NCBI RefSeq assembly: GCF_013791775.1
Contig: NZ_VMTE01000007.1
Length of the DNA: 64,000 nt
Source of the DNA: Hyphomonas sp.
Lineage (GTDB): Bacteria > Pseudomonadota > Alphaproteobacteria > Caulobacterales > Hyphomonadaceae
Strand: one strand, 5' to 3'
A program made the position numbers and the translations under genes. The notes beneath the pieces were generated by a model that worked only from the letters and a program-made list of their open reading frames with translations, made no database searches and was not told the origin of the DNA. This document shows positions 37,933 through 46,817 of the stretch, piece by piece (the first letter of the stretch is position 1; each line of letters opens with the position of its first letter).

Positions 37933-38811
37933 ATGAAAGACAGGCTGGCTCTGGTCGGATTCGAATGGGCCGGGCCGCAACTGCGCGCCTGGGCATTCGA
38001 CAACGAAGGCGAAATCCTCTCCTCGTTTCAGGTCCGCGACGAGCCCGTTTCAGGTCACGCCGATTGGCCGGGGCGCATCCGGTTTCATCTGATGGAATGG
38101 TTGGGCGCGCCGCCCGGCGTCCCCGTCATCGGGTGCGGTGATGTTTCGGCGGCATTGCTTGGCGCTGGCAGTCCGCAATTGATCGTGCCCCTGACATTGA
38201 CGCATCTGGCAAATCATCTTGGCAATATCGGCGGAATCCATCTGGTGCCGTGGATCGGCCAGCAGAATCCGCCGGATCTGACCTGCGGCGCGGAAACCCT
38301 CCTGCTGGGGCTCGGCGATGCGATCGGATCGGTTTGCGTTGCGGGCCAGCACACTCAGCACTGTGTGGCAGAGCACGGCCGGCTGACCGGGTTCTCGACC
38401 GAGATCACGGCGGAGCTGCGCGATATACTGCTTCAGCACGGTACCCTGTCGATCTCCGGGCCTGCGGCTCAGGCCTTCGACATGAAGGTTTTCAAGGACT
38501 GGATCGAGCGCGCGCTCGATACGGACGACACCCCGCCGGTTTTTTCCGTCGAAGCGGCGATCCGGCAGGGCACGCTCCTGCCGGAGAACCGGGCGGCAGC
38601 CCTGGCCGGTCTGATGATTGGCGCCGACGTCGCGGCGAACTATGATCCGGGCGACGAGGTCTTGCTGGTCGCGGACGGTCCCTTGCTCGAAGCGTACGGT
38701 TTCGCGCTGGATGCCTTGGGCGCTGAAGTGGTCGAAACCTCCGCCGTGGAAGCCCTTCAGGACGGGCTGTTCGAAATCGCCGATCTTGCCGGACTGCTCG
38801 GCGGGGATTAA
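37933..38811 (+). CDS. 2-dehydro-3-deoxygalactonokinase (DgoK) family protein, divergent
   Basis: Track ORF 37897..38811 trimmed to MKDRLALVGFEWAGPQLRAWAF. This parallels E. coli DgoK IAIDWGSTNLRAWLY. The C-terminal LMIGADVAANYD...LLVADGPLLEAYGFALDALG parallels YLLIGAEVA...TLVAGTSLTARYQQAFQAMG. Confidence 0.65.
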   Translation: MKDRLALVGFEWAGPQLRAWAFDNEGEILSSFQVRDEPVSGHADWPGRIRFHLMEWLGAPPGVPVIGCGDVSAALLGAGSPQLIVPLTLTHLANHLGNIGGIHLVPWIGQQNPPDLTCGAETLLLGLGDAIGSVCVAGQHTQHCVAEHGRLTGFSTEITAELRDILLQHGTLSISGPAAQAFDMKVFKDWIERALDTDDTPPVFSVEAAIRQGTLLPENRAAALAGLMIGADVAANYDPGDEVLLVADGPLLEAYGFALDALGAEVVETSAVEALQDGLFEIADLAGLLGGD

Positions 38812-38846
38812 GGCGCCCATCAGACACGCAGGAGTCCGGCCCTTCG

Positions 38847-39740
38847 ATGATCATTTCGCCTGAATGCGTTGCACCCACCGGATGCCTCAACGGCCAATCG
38901 CCGCTCTGGAGCCATGCCGAGGGCTTCCTGTGGTGGGTGGACCAGAAGCGCGCCAAGCTGCACCGCTACAATCCGCGCACCGGCAATACCCGGCGTTACG
39001 AACTGCCGGTGCGGCCCAGCCGGATAGCGCTCTATGGCGGCTTGCTGCTGATGGCCGCCGACCGGGAGATCGGCTTTTTCGATCCCGCAACCGAAATCTA
39101 TGAGCGTCTGGCTGTTGTCGAAGGTGAGCCCGAGACCAACCGCACCAGTGACGGCGGCATAGCGCCGGATGGCTCGTTCTGGTTTGCGACGGAAGACGAC
39201 GTCGAACGCGAGCCCGTCGGGACCTATTACCGGTACAATGCCGACCGGACGATCACGCCGCTTAGGCTACCGTCGGTGCTGTCGTCTCGGACGTTCGAAT
39301 TTTCGCCGGACGGACGCACATTCTACACCTGCGATTCCGCCGAGTGCGAAATTCTCGCCCATGACTTTGACCCCGAAACGGGCACGCTGTCCGGTCGCCG
39401 GACCTTTGCATTCACTCACGAATTTGGCGGCGCGCCGTTTGGCTCGACGGTTGACCGGGAGGGCGGGCTCTGGACCTGCCTGCATGGCGCCTCGCGCGTG
39501 GTCCGCTTCACGCCGGACGGCAAGGTGGATCAGGTGATCGTGCTGGCCGCGCCGCTGCCGACAGGGTGCGCGCTGGGCGGGGAAGACCTGCGTACGCTAT
39601 TCATTACGACGTCCCGCGTCGGGCTCAGCTTTCCCCAACTCGATTCGCGGCCGCTCTCTGGAAGCCTGTTTGCGGTAACGGTCGATATTCCCGGGCTTCC
39701 GGGCAAGATGTTCGGCGGCAAGGTTTCGCCGGCCGAGTAG
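38847..39740 (+). CDS. SMP-30/gluconolactonase/LRE family protein
   Basis: Track ORF 38847..39740. It contains GQSPLWSHAEGFLWWVDQKRAKLHRYNP and a beta-propeller lactonase pattern. Confidence 0.85.
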   Translation: MIISPECVAPTGCLNGQSPLWSHAEGFLWWVDQKRAKLHRYNPRTGNTRRYELPVRPSRIALYGGLLLMAADREIGFFDPATEIYERLAVVEGEPETNRTSDGGIAPDGSFWFATEDDVEREPVGTYYRYNADRTITPLRLPSVLSSRTFEFSPDGRTFYTCDSAECEILAHDFDPETGTLSGRRTFAFTHEFGGAPFGSTVDREGGLWTCLHGASRVVRFTPDGKVDQVIVLAAPLPTGCALGGEDLRTLFITTSRVGLSFPQLDSRPLSGSLFAVTVDIPGLPGKMFGGKVSPAE

Positions 39741-39757
39741 TGTTCCGGGCGGGCCCT

Positions 39758-40924
39758 CTACGGCCGCGTGTCCATCAGGTTGCGGGCCACCACCATGCGG
39801 TGCACTTCGCTCGGACCGTCATAGATCCGCATGTTGCGGATCCGGCCCGCCATCAGGTGCAACGGCATTTCCTTGGTCATTCCCATCGCACCGAAACATT
39901 GCATGGCATGGTCGATCACTTCGCCGGCCATCTCGGGGGCGAACACCTTGATCATCGAGATCTCGGAGCGGACGTCCTGGCCCTGGTCGATCTTCCACGC
40001 GCAGTCATAGGCCATCAACCGCGCCGCATGGATCTTCATGGCGGCGTCAGCCACCCACCATTGGACCGCCTGGCGTTCGGAGAGTTTGGCGCCGAAGGTC
40101 CGGCGCTGCGGGGCATACTCGCGCATCATGTCGAGCGCACGCTGGGCGGCGCCGATGCACCAGGCCGCCATTTCCATCCGGCGGGTGCCGAGACGGATCT
40201 GCATGGGTCCGAACCCGTCTCCCTCCTTGCCGAGCAATTTCCATCCCGGAACCCGGCAATCCTCGAGCACCACCTCGTAGGTGAACTCGCCGCCGAGCAT
40301 CGGGATCCGGCGAAGCACATGGAATCCCGGCGTGTCGCGGTCGATCAGGAAAGCCGACATTCCGCCGCGCGCGCCCTTTGCCTTGTCCGTGATGGCCATC
40401 AGGATCGTGAAGTCTGCTTCGGCGGCGCGCGAGATCCAGATCTTGCGGCCATTGATCACCCAGTCGTCGCCGTCGCGCACCGCCCGCGTGGTCATGCCGG
40501 CCGGATCGGCGCCGGCGCCAGGTTCCGAAATACCGATGGCCGAGATGGTTTCCCCGCGCGCGTAGGGATCCAGATAGGCGGCCTTCTGGCGCGGGTTGAC
40601 GGTCGCCATCAGCATCCGCAGGTTCGGTGAATCCGGGGGAAGGGTGTAGGTGGCCGCCGTTGAGCCCAGCGCTTCGTTGACCGCCACCAGCGCAACATGC
40701 GGCAATCCCATGCCGCCGGCCTCCTCTGGCGCATCGAGGCTCCAGAGGCCCATTTCCTTCGACACCCGGTCCAACCGCGCCCTCTCGGACGCCGACAGGT
40801 GCGCGCCTTCGCCCGCCGCATCGCGCGCCAGCACGGCGCCTTCGAGCGGCAGGAGCTCCTCGCGCACGAACCGCTGCACGAGATCGCGCAGCATCCGGTG
40901 GTCTTCCTCGAGTTCGAAATGCAT
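39758..40924 (-). CDS. acyl-CoA dehydrogenase
   Basis: Track ORF 39758..40987 trimmed to MHFELEEDHRMLRDLVQRF. ACAD N, M and C domain motifs are present (ISEPGAGADPAGM and YDGPSEVHRM). Confidence 0.9.
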   Translation of the reverse strand: MHFELEEDHRMLRDLVQRFVREELLPLEGAVLARDAAGEGAHLSASERARLDRVSKEMGLWSLDAPEEAGGMGLPHVALVAVNEALGSTAATYTLPPDSPNLRMLMATVNPRQKAAYLDPYARGETISAIGISEPGAGADPAGMTTRAVRDGDDWVINGRKIWISRAAEADFTILMAITDKAKGARGGMSAFLIDRDTPGFHVLRRIPMLGGEFTYEVVLEDCRVPGWKLLGKEGDGFGPMQIRLGTRRMEMAAWCIGAAQRALDMMREYAPQRRTFGAKLSERQAVQWWVADAAMKIHAARLMAYDCAWKIDQGQDVRSEISMIKVFAPEMAGEVIDHAMQCFGAMGMTKEMPLHLMAGRIRNMRIYDGPSEVHRMVVARNLMDTRP

Positions 40925-41069
40925 GGGCGGGCCTCCGCGCTGACTGCACCCGTTGTAGGGCGCACAGGGCGCAGCGCAATGCAGCATGCCGTCCCGGCCG
41001 CCGGTATCAGCCCGAGGTGCCGGCGTTTGAGACGATCTACGTAGTTATACGGAGGTGTTCATCCCGGAA

Positions 41070-41894
41070 ATGGCGTTCATTGTCCGCAAAAAGCAAAAAT
41101 GCCGGGAGGACAATTTGGACGAGACATCGCTTCAGGCGGCGCCAGCGCGCTTGCCGCCCATCAACACCATTCCCTTGAGTGCGCCGATTGACTGGCTGGT
41201 CGCAGGCTGGCGCGATTTCTGCGCGGTGCCGGGACCTGCATTTCTCTACGGCCTTGTTCTTGCGGCGATCAGCGCCGGTATTTTCTGGGCGCTCTACACA
41301 ACCGGATCGGCCAGCTGGTTCTATGTCCTGCTGGGCGGCTTCCTGCTCGTGGGGCCGGTGCTCGGGATGGGGCTGTATGCCGCCTCCCGCGCATTGGCAG
41401 CCGGACAGCGGCCGGGCCTCCTCGACATGATCTGGGTGAAGGACGCCGCCCGGCGCGATTCGCTGTTGCTCGGCCTGCTCCTGGTGTTCCTCTACCTGCT
41501 CTGGACGCGCATCGCGCAGGTTGTTTACGCTCTGTCGACCTGGCGCATTCACAAGTCGCGGTCCGAGTTCCTCCAGTTCGTCCTGTTCGAGCCGAACGGC
41601 CAGATGATGGTGCTGATGGGGCTCGTGACCGGGGGATTTGTCGCTTTCTGCAACTATTCCCTCGCTTCGGTTGCCGCCCCGATGCTGCTCGACCGGCGCT
41701 ATGACGTGTTCATGGCCATGGCAACCAGCGTCCGGGCGGTCAACCGCAACTTCTATCCGATGCTCCTCTGGGCCTTCCTGATCGTATGCCTCACCCTGAT
41801 CGGCATCTGCTTTGCCTTCGTCGGTCTGGCGGTGGTTTTTCCGGTAGTCGGGATGGCCAGCTGGCATGCTTACCGGGCGCTTGTGCAGTCCTGA
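41070..41894 (+). CDS. DUF2189-type integral membrane protein
   Basis: Track ORF 41055..41894 (GTG 41055 or ATG 41070). It contains PIDWLVAGWRDF and multiple TM helices. Confidence 0.65.
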   Translation: MAFIVRKKQKCREDNLDETSLQAAPARLPPINTIPLSAPIDWLVAGWRDFCAVPGPAFLYGLVLAAISAGIFWALYTTGSASWFYVLLGGFLLVGPVLGMGLYAASRALAAGQRPGLLDMIWVKDAARRDSLLLGLLLVFLYLLWTRIAQVVYALSTWRIHKSRSEFLQFVLFEPNGQMMVLMGLVTGGFVAFCNYSLASVAAPMLLDRRYDVFMAMATSVRAVNRNFYPMLLWAFLIVCLTLIGICFAFVGLAVVFPVVGMASWHAYRALVQS

Positions 41895-42055
41895 ATCGGC
41901 CGGGGAAGAAGGCGGAACCGGGCAGGGTGGGCGTTCCGGCTTGCGCTGGCGCCGCTGCGCCACCAAATCCCGTGGAGGCCGGGACCCTGCAGATTTGCCG
42001 TGGACGCCGGGCTGCAAACGGGCTATTCGCCCGCCTTTGAAAAACGAGTGATACT

Positions 42056-42274
42056 ATGGCCGACAAGGACCAGAAACCGAAGAAGAAGCGGGTCGGACCG
42101 ATGACTTTCCTCGCGCAAGTGCGCGCGGAGGGTAACAAGGTGACCTGGACGACGCGTCAGGAGACCATTCAGGCGACCATTTTTGTGGTCATCATGTCGA
42201 TCCTGATCGCAATCTTCCTTTTCCTGACCGATACGCTCATAACGATCTTCGTCAATTTTGTTCGGGGCGCCTGA
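42056..42274 (+). CDS. secE: preprotein translocase subunit SecE
   Basis: Track ORF 42056..42274. It contains FLAQVRAEGNKVTWTTRQE followed by a single TM helix, and lies upstream of nusG. Confidence 0.93.
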   Translation: MADKDQKPKKKRVGPMTFLAQVRAEGNKVTWTTRQETIQATIFVVIMSILIAIFLFLTDTLITIFVNFVRGA

Positions 42275-42318
42275 AGGTGACCGCCGTGAATCCAGACCTG
42301 CAGGAGCGCGCCCGGTCC

Positions 42319-42861
42319 ATGCCTGATGCCAAGTGGTACATTGTCCATGCCTATTCCAACTTCGAAAAGAAAGTCGCGGCCGCCATCCGGGAACAGGCTG
42401 AGCGCAAGGGCCTGACGGCCCTGATCGAAGAGATCGAAGTGCCGACAGAGGAAGTCGTGGAAGTCGCACGCGGCAAGAAAAAGACGGTCGAGCGGCGGTA
42501 TTTCCCCGGCTATGTGCTGATGAAGGCGCAGCTGACCGACGACATCTACCACCTCGTGAAAGACACGCCGAAAGTGTCCGGATTCCTCGGCGCCGAGGGC
42601 GGCAAAAAGCCGTTGCCGGTGCGCCAGCGCGAAGTTGACCGGATCCTTGGCAAGTCGACCGACGCGTCGGCTGAGCGTCCGCGGCCGCGAATCAGCTTCG
42701 AAATCGGCGAACAGGTCCAGGTCAACGATGGTCCGTTCCAGGGCTTCGAAGGCGCCGTCGAGGAAATCGACGAGGCCAATGGCCGTCTAAAGGTCACGGT
42801 CTCGATCTTCGGCCGTGGCACCCCGGTCGATCTCGAATTCGATCAGGTCGTGAAGGTCTGA
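42319..42861 (+). CDS. nusG: transcription termination/antitermination factor NusG
   Basis: Track ORF 42277..42861. ATG 42319 is preceded by AGGAG (42302-42306). It contains KWYIVHAYSNFEKKV and a C-terminal KOW domain (GEQVQVNDGPFQGFEGAVEEID). Confidence 0.93.
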   Translation: MPDAKWYIVHAYSNFEKKVAAAIREQAERKGLTALIEEIEVPTEEVVEVARGKKKTVERRYFPGYVLMKAQLTDDIYHLVKDTPKVSGFLGAEGGKKPLPVRQREVDRILGKSTDASAERPRPRISFEIGEQVQVNDGPFQGFEGAVEEIDEANGRLKVTVSIFGRGTPVDLEFDQVVKV

Positions 42862-42931
42862 GAATCAACGCCGTCAGGCGCGAAGTCGGCCTTGAAACAG
42901 CCGCCACCCGCCTGTATGCCGGAACCGGATT

Positions 42932-43008
42932 GCCGCCTTAGCTCAGTTGGTTAGAGCGCTGGTTTGTGGAACCAGAGGTCCCCCGTTCAAGCCGGGGAGG
43001 CGGTACCA
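42932..43008 (+). tRNA. tRNA-His (anticodon GTG), no encoded G-1, G1:U72, A73, CCA encoded
   Basis: Manual cloverleaf of 77 nt. Acceptor GCCGCCT/AGGCGGT; D arm GCTC-AGTTGGTTA-GAGC; anticodon arm CTGGT-TTGTGGA-ACCAG; variable loop AGGTC; T arm CCCCG-TTCAAGC-CGGGG; then A-CCA. Base -1 is T. Confidence 0.9.
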
Positions 43009-43237
43009 TTCGCTCCATACCGCAAATACCTGACATTTCGGGATGGCTGCTTCGGTATTTACACCTGTTGCAAAAGGGCCGCGGTACCCGAAAAATTCCA
43101 TGGAATTCTAATGGCCCACGCCCGATTTCGCTCGCGGATTGGGCAAAAAGCTATTAACAACCAACTATGCGGTTTAATCCGTATGAACCTGCGGCCGAAG
43201 GCAATTCCGTCGATCGGCACACAAAAGGGGATTGAGT

Positions 43238-44401
43238 ATGAAGAAAACTCTGATGTGCGCTACAGCCGCGGCCGCTTTCGCGTCTGCCGGCCTCACTGCA
43301 CACGCGGAAGGCTGGTATTCCCGCGCTGACCTCCAGTACACGTTCGATGGCCGTATGGACCACGACGCTGTGGCTTCCGTGAACGGAAAGCTCGCTGACG
43401 ATTCGGACGCGTCCGAGCTGCTTGGCGCTGACCTTGGCTTCGGTTACAGCTACGATAACGGCCTGCGCCTCGAAGGCGTTCTGGGCTACCGTGGCGGCGA
43501 CCTTGATGTCACGACCGCGATCTCGGGCACCTCGCCCGGCACCACGATCCATCCGGCCGGAAACGCCTCGATCATGGACCTCATGATCAACGGCATCTAT
43601 GATTTCAACAAAGACGGCACGATCCGTCCTTACATCGGCGCTGGTGTCGGCGGAACGCGCGTTCGCGCCAAAGCGGCTAACCGCGTCACCGGCACGACGC
43701 CGAACTTCAACGCAGCCAACGGTTTCAATGACACCGCTGCGGGTGTTGCTGTTCAAGGTCTTCTCGGCGTCGGCTTCAAGATCTCCGACCGCCTGACCAT
43801 GGACCTCGGCTACAAGTACTTCACGGCTGAAGAGCTGAAGTTCGATGGCAACCACGGCGGCGTCAACTATGACGTTGACTACACGGATCACACGGCAACG
43901 CTGGGTCTGCGCTACGCCTTTGGCGTGACGCCGCCTCCGCCGCCGCCACCCCCGCCGCCTCCGCCGCCGCCCCCTCCGCCGCCTCCGCCACCTCCGCCGC
44001 CGCCACCGCCTCCGGTGGAAACGACCGAGACCGTTGCGCAGCAGTGTTCGGCGCTCAACCAGGAGTTCGTCGTTTACTTCGAGTGGGATCGCTCGGATCT
44101 GACGAGCCAGGCTGCGGCCGTTATCGACCAGGCCGTGGCGAACATCGCTGCTGGCACCGGTTGCTCGACGGGTTCCGTCTCGATCGTCGGTCACACCGAC
44201 ACGTCGGGTGGTTCGGCTTACAACGAACAGCTGTCGGTTCGCCGCGCTGACGTCGTTGCCGCTGCGCTCTCCGAGCGTGGCATCGGCGCCGATGTCATCA
44301 GCAAGGCTGGTAAAGGCGAAACCGCCCTTGCCAAAGCAACCAACGACGGTGTGCGCGAGCCGCTCAACCGCCGTTCGGAAGTCACGATCATCGTCCAGTA
44401 A
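43238..44401 (+). CDS. OmpA-family outer membrane protein (beta-barrel, poly-proline linker, OmpA_C domain)
   Basis: Track ORF 43232..44401, with ATG at 43238. It has a signal peptide MKKTLMCATAAAAFASAGLTAHA, a barrel ending LGLRYAF, 28 consecutive Pro residues, and an OmpA-like domain (VGHTDTSGGSAYNEQLSVRRA...NRRSEV). Confidence 0.9.
   Translation: MKKTLMCATAAAAFASAGLTAHAEGWYSRADLQYTFDGRMDHDAVASVNGKLADDSDASELLGADLGFGYSYDNGLRLEGVLGYRGGDLDVTTAISGTSPGTTIHPAGNASIMDLMINGIYDFNKDGTIRPYIGAGVGGTRVRAKAANRVTGTTPNFNAANGFNDTAAGVAVQGLLGVGFKISDRLTMDLGYKYFTAEELKFDGNHGGVNYDVDYTDHTATLGLRYAFGVTPPPPPPPPPPPPPPPPPPPPPPPPPPPPVETTETVAQQCSALNQEFVVYFEWDRSDLTSQAAAVIDQAVANIAAGTGCSTGSVSIVGHTDTSGGSAYNEQLSVRRADVVAAALSERGIGADVISKAGKGETALAKATNDGVREPLNRRSEVTIIVQ
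43931..44014 (+). repeat. 84-nt CCG/CCT/CCA low-complexity tract encoding 28 consecutive prolines
   Basis: 28 proline codons were counted directly between ACG (Thr) at 43928-43930 and GTG at 44015. Confidence 0.95.
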
Positions 44402-44425
44402 CCTCTGGAAGATTGACCAAACAGG

Positions 44426-44459
44426 CGGCCCGGCAATTTGCCGGGCCGTTTTTGTTTTT
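44426..44459 (+). terminator. rho-independent terminator after the ompA-like gene
   Basis: CGGCCCGGCAA-T-TTGCCGGGCCG hairpin followed by TTTTTGTTTTT. Confidence 0.85.
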
Positions 44460-44514
44460 AGCGCTGGCTCCGCTGAGACTTGCCGCCCCGTTCGAGCTGT
44501 GAAACCTAGGGCCC

Positions 44515-45774
44515 ATGACAAACCTATCGACTCTTTCCGCAGAAGATGAAGCCGCCCGCGAGCGTCTCTACGCCTCGGCGTCCGCCATGATCGAGCGCAC
44601 GAAATCCTGGTCCGCGCACAATACGGGCAGCCTGAACACCGATGGCCTGCGCAAGTTTGCGCCGCGTCTGGCAGACGCCTTCTCGGCGCTCGAGGCCGAT
44701 ATTCAGCTGACAGACGGTCCGGGCTTCGAGTCCGTCGGCGCCGACGGAAAGACCAGCGAGGCGCATTCCGGACCGATCATCGAAATCGCAGCCCGGACGC
44801 AGGCGCCCGTGCAGATTGTGATGTCGGGTCACTACGACACCGTGTTTGCGCCCGGCGCGTTCGAAACGGTGACCGACTTGCCGGAGGGCCGCGTCAACGG
44901 ACCCGGCATGGCGGACATGAAAGGCGGCATCTGCGTGATGCTGGAAGCGCTGCGCGCTTTTGAATCCAGCCGGCTGAAGGACCAGCTGGGCTACCGGATC
45001 GTTCTGACGCCGGATGAAGAGATCGGCAATTTCTCGAGTTCCGAAGCGCTGCGCCGCGCGGCCTCGTCCGGCGCGTTGATCGGCATGACGTATGAGCCGG
45101 CCATGGAGACCGGCGCCATGGCGGGTGGGCGCAAGGGCTCGGCGGTGTTCGACATCGTTTTGCATGGCCGCGCCGCGCATGCCGGGCGCGCGAAGGAAGA
45201 GGGGCGCAGCGCCATCGAAACGGCGGCCGAGCTGGTTTTGGGTCTCGAGGCGCTGAACAACCAGTTCGAGGGCGTTACGTTCAACGTGGGCTCCATCGAT
45301 GGTGGGTCGCCGGTCAATATCGTGCCGGACCTTGCGATTGTGCGTTTCGGCGCCCGCGCGCCGGATCAGCAGGCGGCGGAATGGGCAACCCAGTCCGTCG
45401 GGAAACTGTTCGCGCGCGCCACCGCCCGGGACGGCATCCACGGACACCTGCATGGCGGCTTCTACCGTCCGCCAAAGCCGCGCAACACGGCCCAGCAAGC
45501 CCTGTTCGACGCGGTCCATTCGACCGGTCGCGCGATCGGACTCGATATCGAGTTCGTGGACACCGGCGGCGTGTGCGAAGGTAACAACATTTTCGCTGCA
45601 GGTGTGCCTAATGTGGACACGCTGGGGGTTCGCGGCGGACGAATTCACTCCCCGGACGAATTCGTCATTACAGAGAGCTTTCCGGAACGCGCGCTGCTGT
45701 CCGCCTTGCTGCTCAATCGTCTCGCTGATGGCCGGCTCGACGCCCGGCGCATCAAGGATATGATGGGGCGATAG
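44515..45774 (+). CDS. M20-family metallohydrolase, glutamate carboxypeptidase (CPG2)-like
   Basis: Track ORF 44515..45774. It has the motifs SGHYDTV and GPGMADMKGG, and a dimerisation-domain pattern. It ends 2 nt before astA. Confidence 0.8.
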   Translation: MTNLSTLSAEDEAARERLYASASAMIERTKSWSAHNTGSLNTDGLRKFAPRLADAFSALEADIQLTDGPGFESVGADGKTSEAHSGPIIEIAARTQAPVQIVMSGHYDTVFAPGAFETVTDLPEGRVNGPGMADMKGGICVMLEALRAFESSRLKDQLGYRIVLTPDEEIGNFSSSEALRRAASSGALIGMTYEPAMETGAMAGGRKGSAVFDIVLHGRAAHAGRAKEEGRSAIETAAELVLGLEALNNQFEGVTFNVGSIDGGSPVNIVPDLAIVRFGARAPDQQAAEWATQSVGKLFARATARDGIHGHLHGGFYRPPKPRNTAQQALFDAVHSTGRAIGLDIEFVDTGGVCEGNNIFAAGVPNVDTLGVRGGRIHSPDEFVITESFPERALLSALLLNRLADGRLDARRIKDMMGR

Positions 45775-45776
45775 AC

Positions 45777-46817
45777 ATGGCGACCACCTATGTGATGCGA
45801 CCGTCGCGGCTCGACGATCTCGATTCCCTGACCCAGCTTGCCGAACTATCCGGGCCCGGATTTACCAGCCTGCCTGTCGATGAGCCGATCTTGCGCGAGC
45901 GGCTGGAAAAATCGGACCGTGCCTTCCATGGCAGGCAGCGCAATCTTCAGTACGGCAAGTACCTGATGATGATGGAGGAGGTCGCGACAGGCCAGGTCGT
46001 CGGATGCTCGGCCGTCAAGGCGGGCACGGGCATTGACCAGCCCTTCTTCAACTACCGGATCATCACGCTGGCGCAGGCTAGTCAGGCGGCGGGCAATCTG
46101 CGGTTCGACATGGACGCGCTCGTCCTGACGAACGAGTATGTGGGGTACACGGAGGTTGGTACGCTGTTCCTCAAGCCGGACCATCGCGGCGGCGGAGCGG
46201 GGCGTCTTGCTGCCCAGTCGCGCTACCTGCTGATGGCCGCAGCGCCCGAGCGGTTCAGTGACCGTGTGCTGGCCGAGCTGCGGGGCGTCGTCGATGACCA
46301 GGGCCGGTCGCCGTTCTGGGAGGGGCTTGGACGCCACTTCTTCCGGATGGATTTCGCCGATGCCGACAAGCTTTCCGCAACGACCGACAACCAGTTCATC
46401 ATGGATCTGATGCCGCGCTATCCGATTTATGTGGACCTCATCCCGACCGAGGCACGTGAAGTGATTGGCCGCTGCCATGCGGACGGGGTTGGCGCTTACA
46501 AGCTGCTCCAATGGGAAGGCTTCGAGTTTGACCGGACCGTCGATATCTTCGATGGTGGTCCGCTCGTCGCAGCGCAGCGCCGGCACATTCGGACCATTCA
46601 GGAAAGCGCCGTCGTGACGGTTGAAGCGGGCGACACCGCCTCCGATACGGATGCGCGCCCGGGCCTCTTGTCCAGCAACCGGCTGCCGGATTTCCGGGTC
46701 ACGCTGGGCAGGTTTACCCGGCGCGGCGAGTCCGGCCTCGTGGCGCCGCCCGACGTGCTGGACGCCCTGAAGCTGAAGCCGGGTTCGCCGGCGAGAGTCT
46801 GGATGCGGAGCAAATGA
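45777..46817 (+). CDS. astA: arginine N-succinyltransferase
   Basis: Track ORF 45777..46817. It aligns along its whole length with my recollection of E. coli AstA (VMRP...LTSLP; FFNYRI; GTLFLKPDHRGGG; PFWEGLGRHFF.MDF; MPRYPIYV; DIFDGGP). Confidence 0.92.
   Translation: MATTYVMRPSRLDDLDSLTQLAELSGPGFTSLPVDEPILRERLEKSDRAFHGRQRNLQYGKYLMMMEEVATGQVVGCSAVKAGTGIDQPFFNYRIITLAQASQAAGNLRFDMDALVLTNEYVGYTEVGTLFLKPDHRGGGAGRLAAQSRYLLMAAAPERFSDRVLAELRGVVDDQGRSPFWEGLGRHFFRMDFADADKLSATTDNQFIMDLMPRYPIYVDLIPTEAREVIGRCHADGVGAYKLLQWEGFEFDRTVDIFDGGPLVAAQRRHIRTIQESAVVTVEAGDTASDTDARPGLLSSNRLPDFRVTLGRFTRRGESGLVAPPDVLDALKLKPGSPARVWMRSK

Noticed and set aside
41895-42055. Expected tRNA-Trp, or another RNA gene, upstream of secE.
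   Set aside because: Manual inspection found no cloverleaf (no T-loop GTTCRANYC with flanking stems) and no terminator-bounded unit.
43931-44014. Possible tandem repeat, CRISPR-like or VNTR array.
   Set aside because: There is no spacer/repeat organisation. It is an in-frame run of 28 proline codons inside a clear CDS, so it is reported as a coding low-complexity tract only.
43009-44401. Genomic island integrated at the tRNA-His 3' end.
   Set aside because: There is no integrase, no mobility genes and no convincing direct repeat of the tRNA 3' end (only an 8-nt GCGGTACC match). Downstream genes have host-like composition.
43154-44521. 455-aa minus-strand ORF containing RRRWRRRRWRRRRRGRRRRRRGWRRRRRR.
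   Set aside because: It is the reverse complement of the ompA-family gene. The arginine run is simply the complement of the poly-proline CCG/CCT tract.
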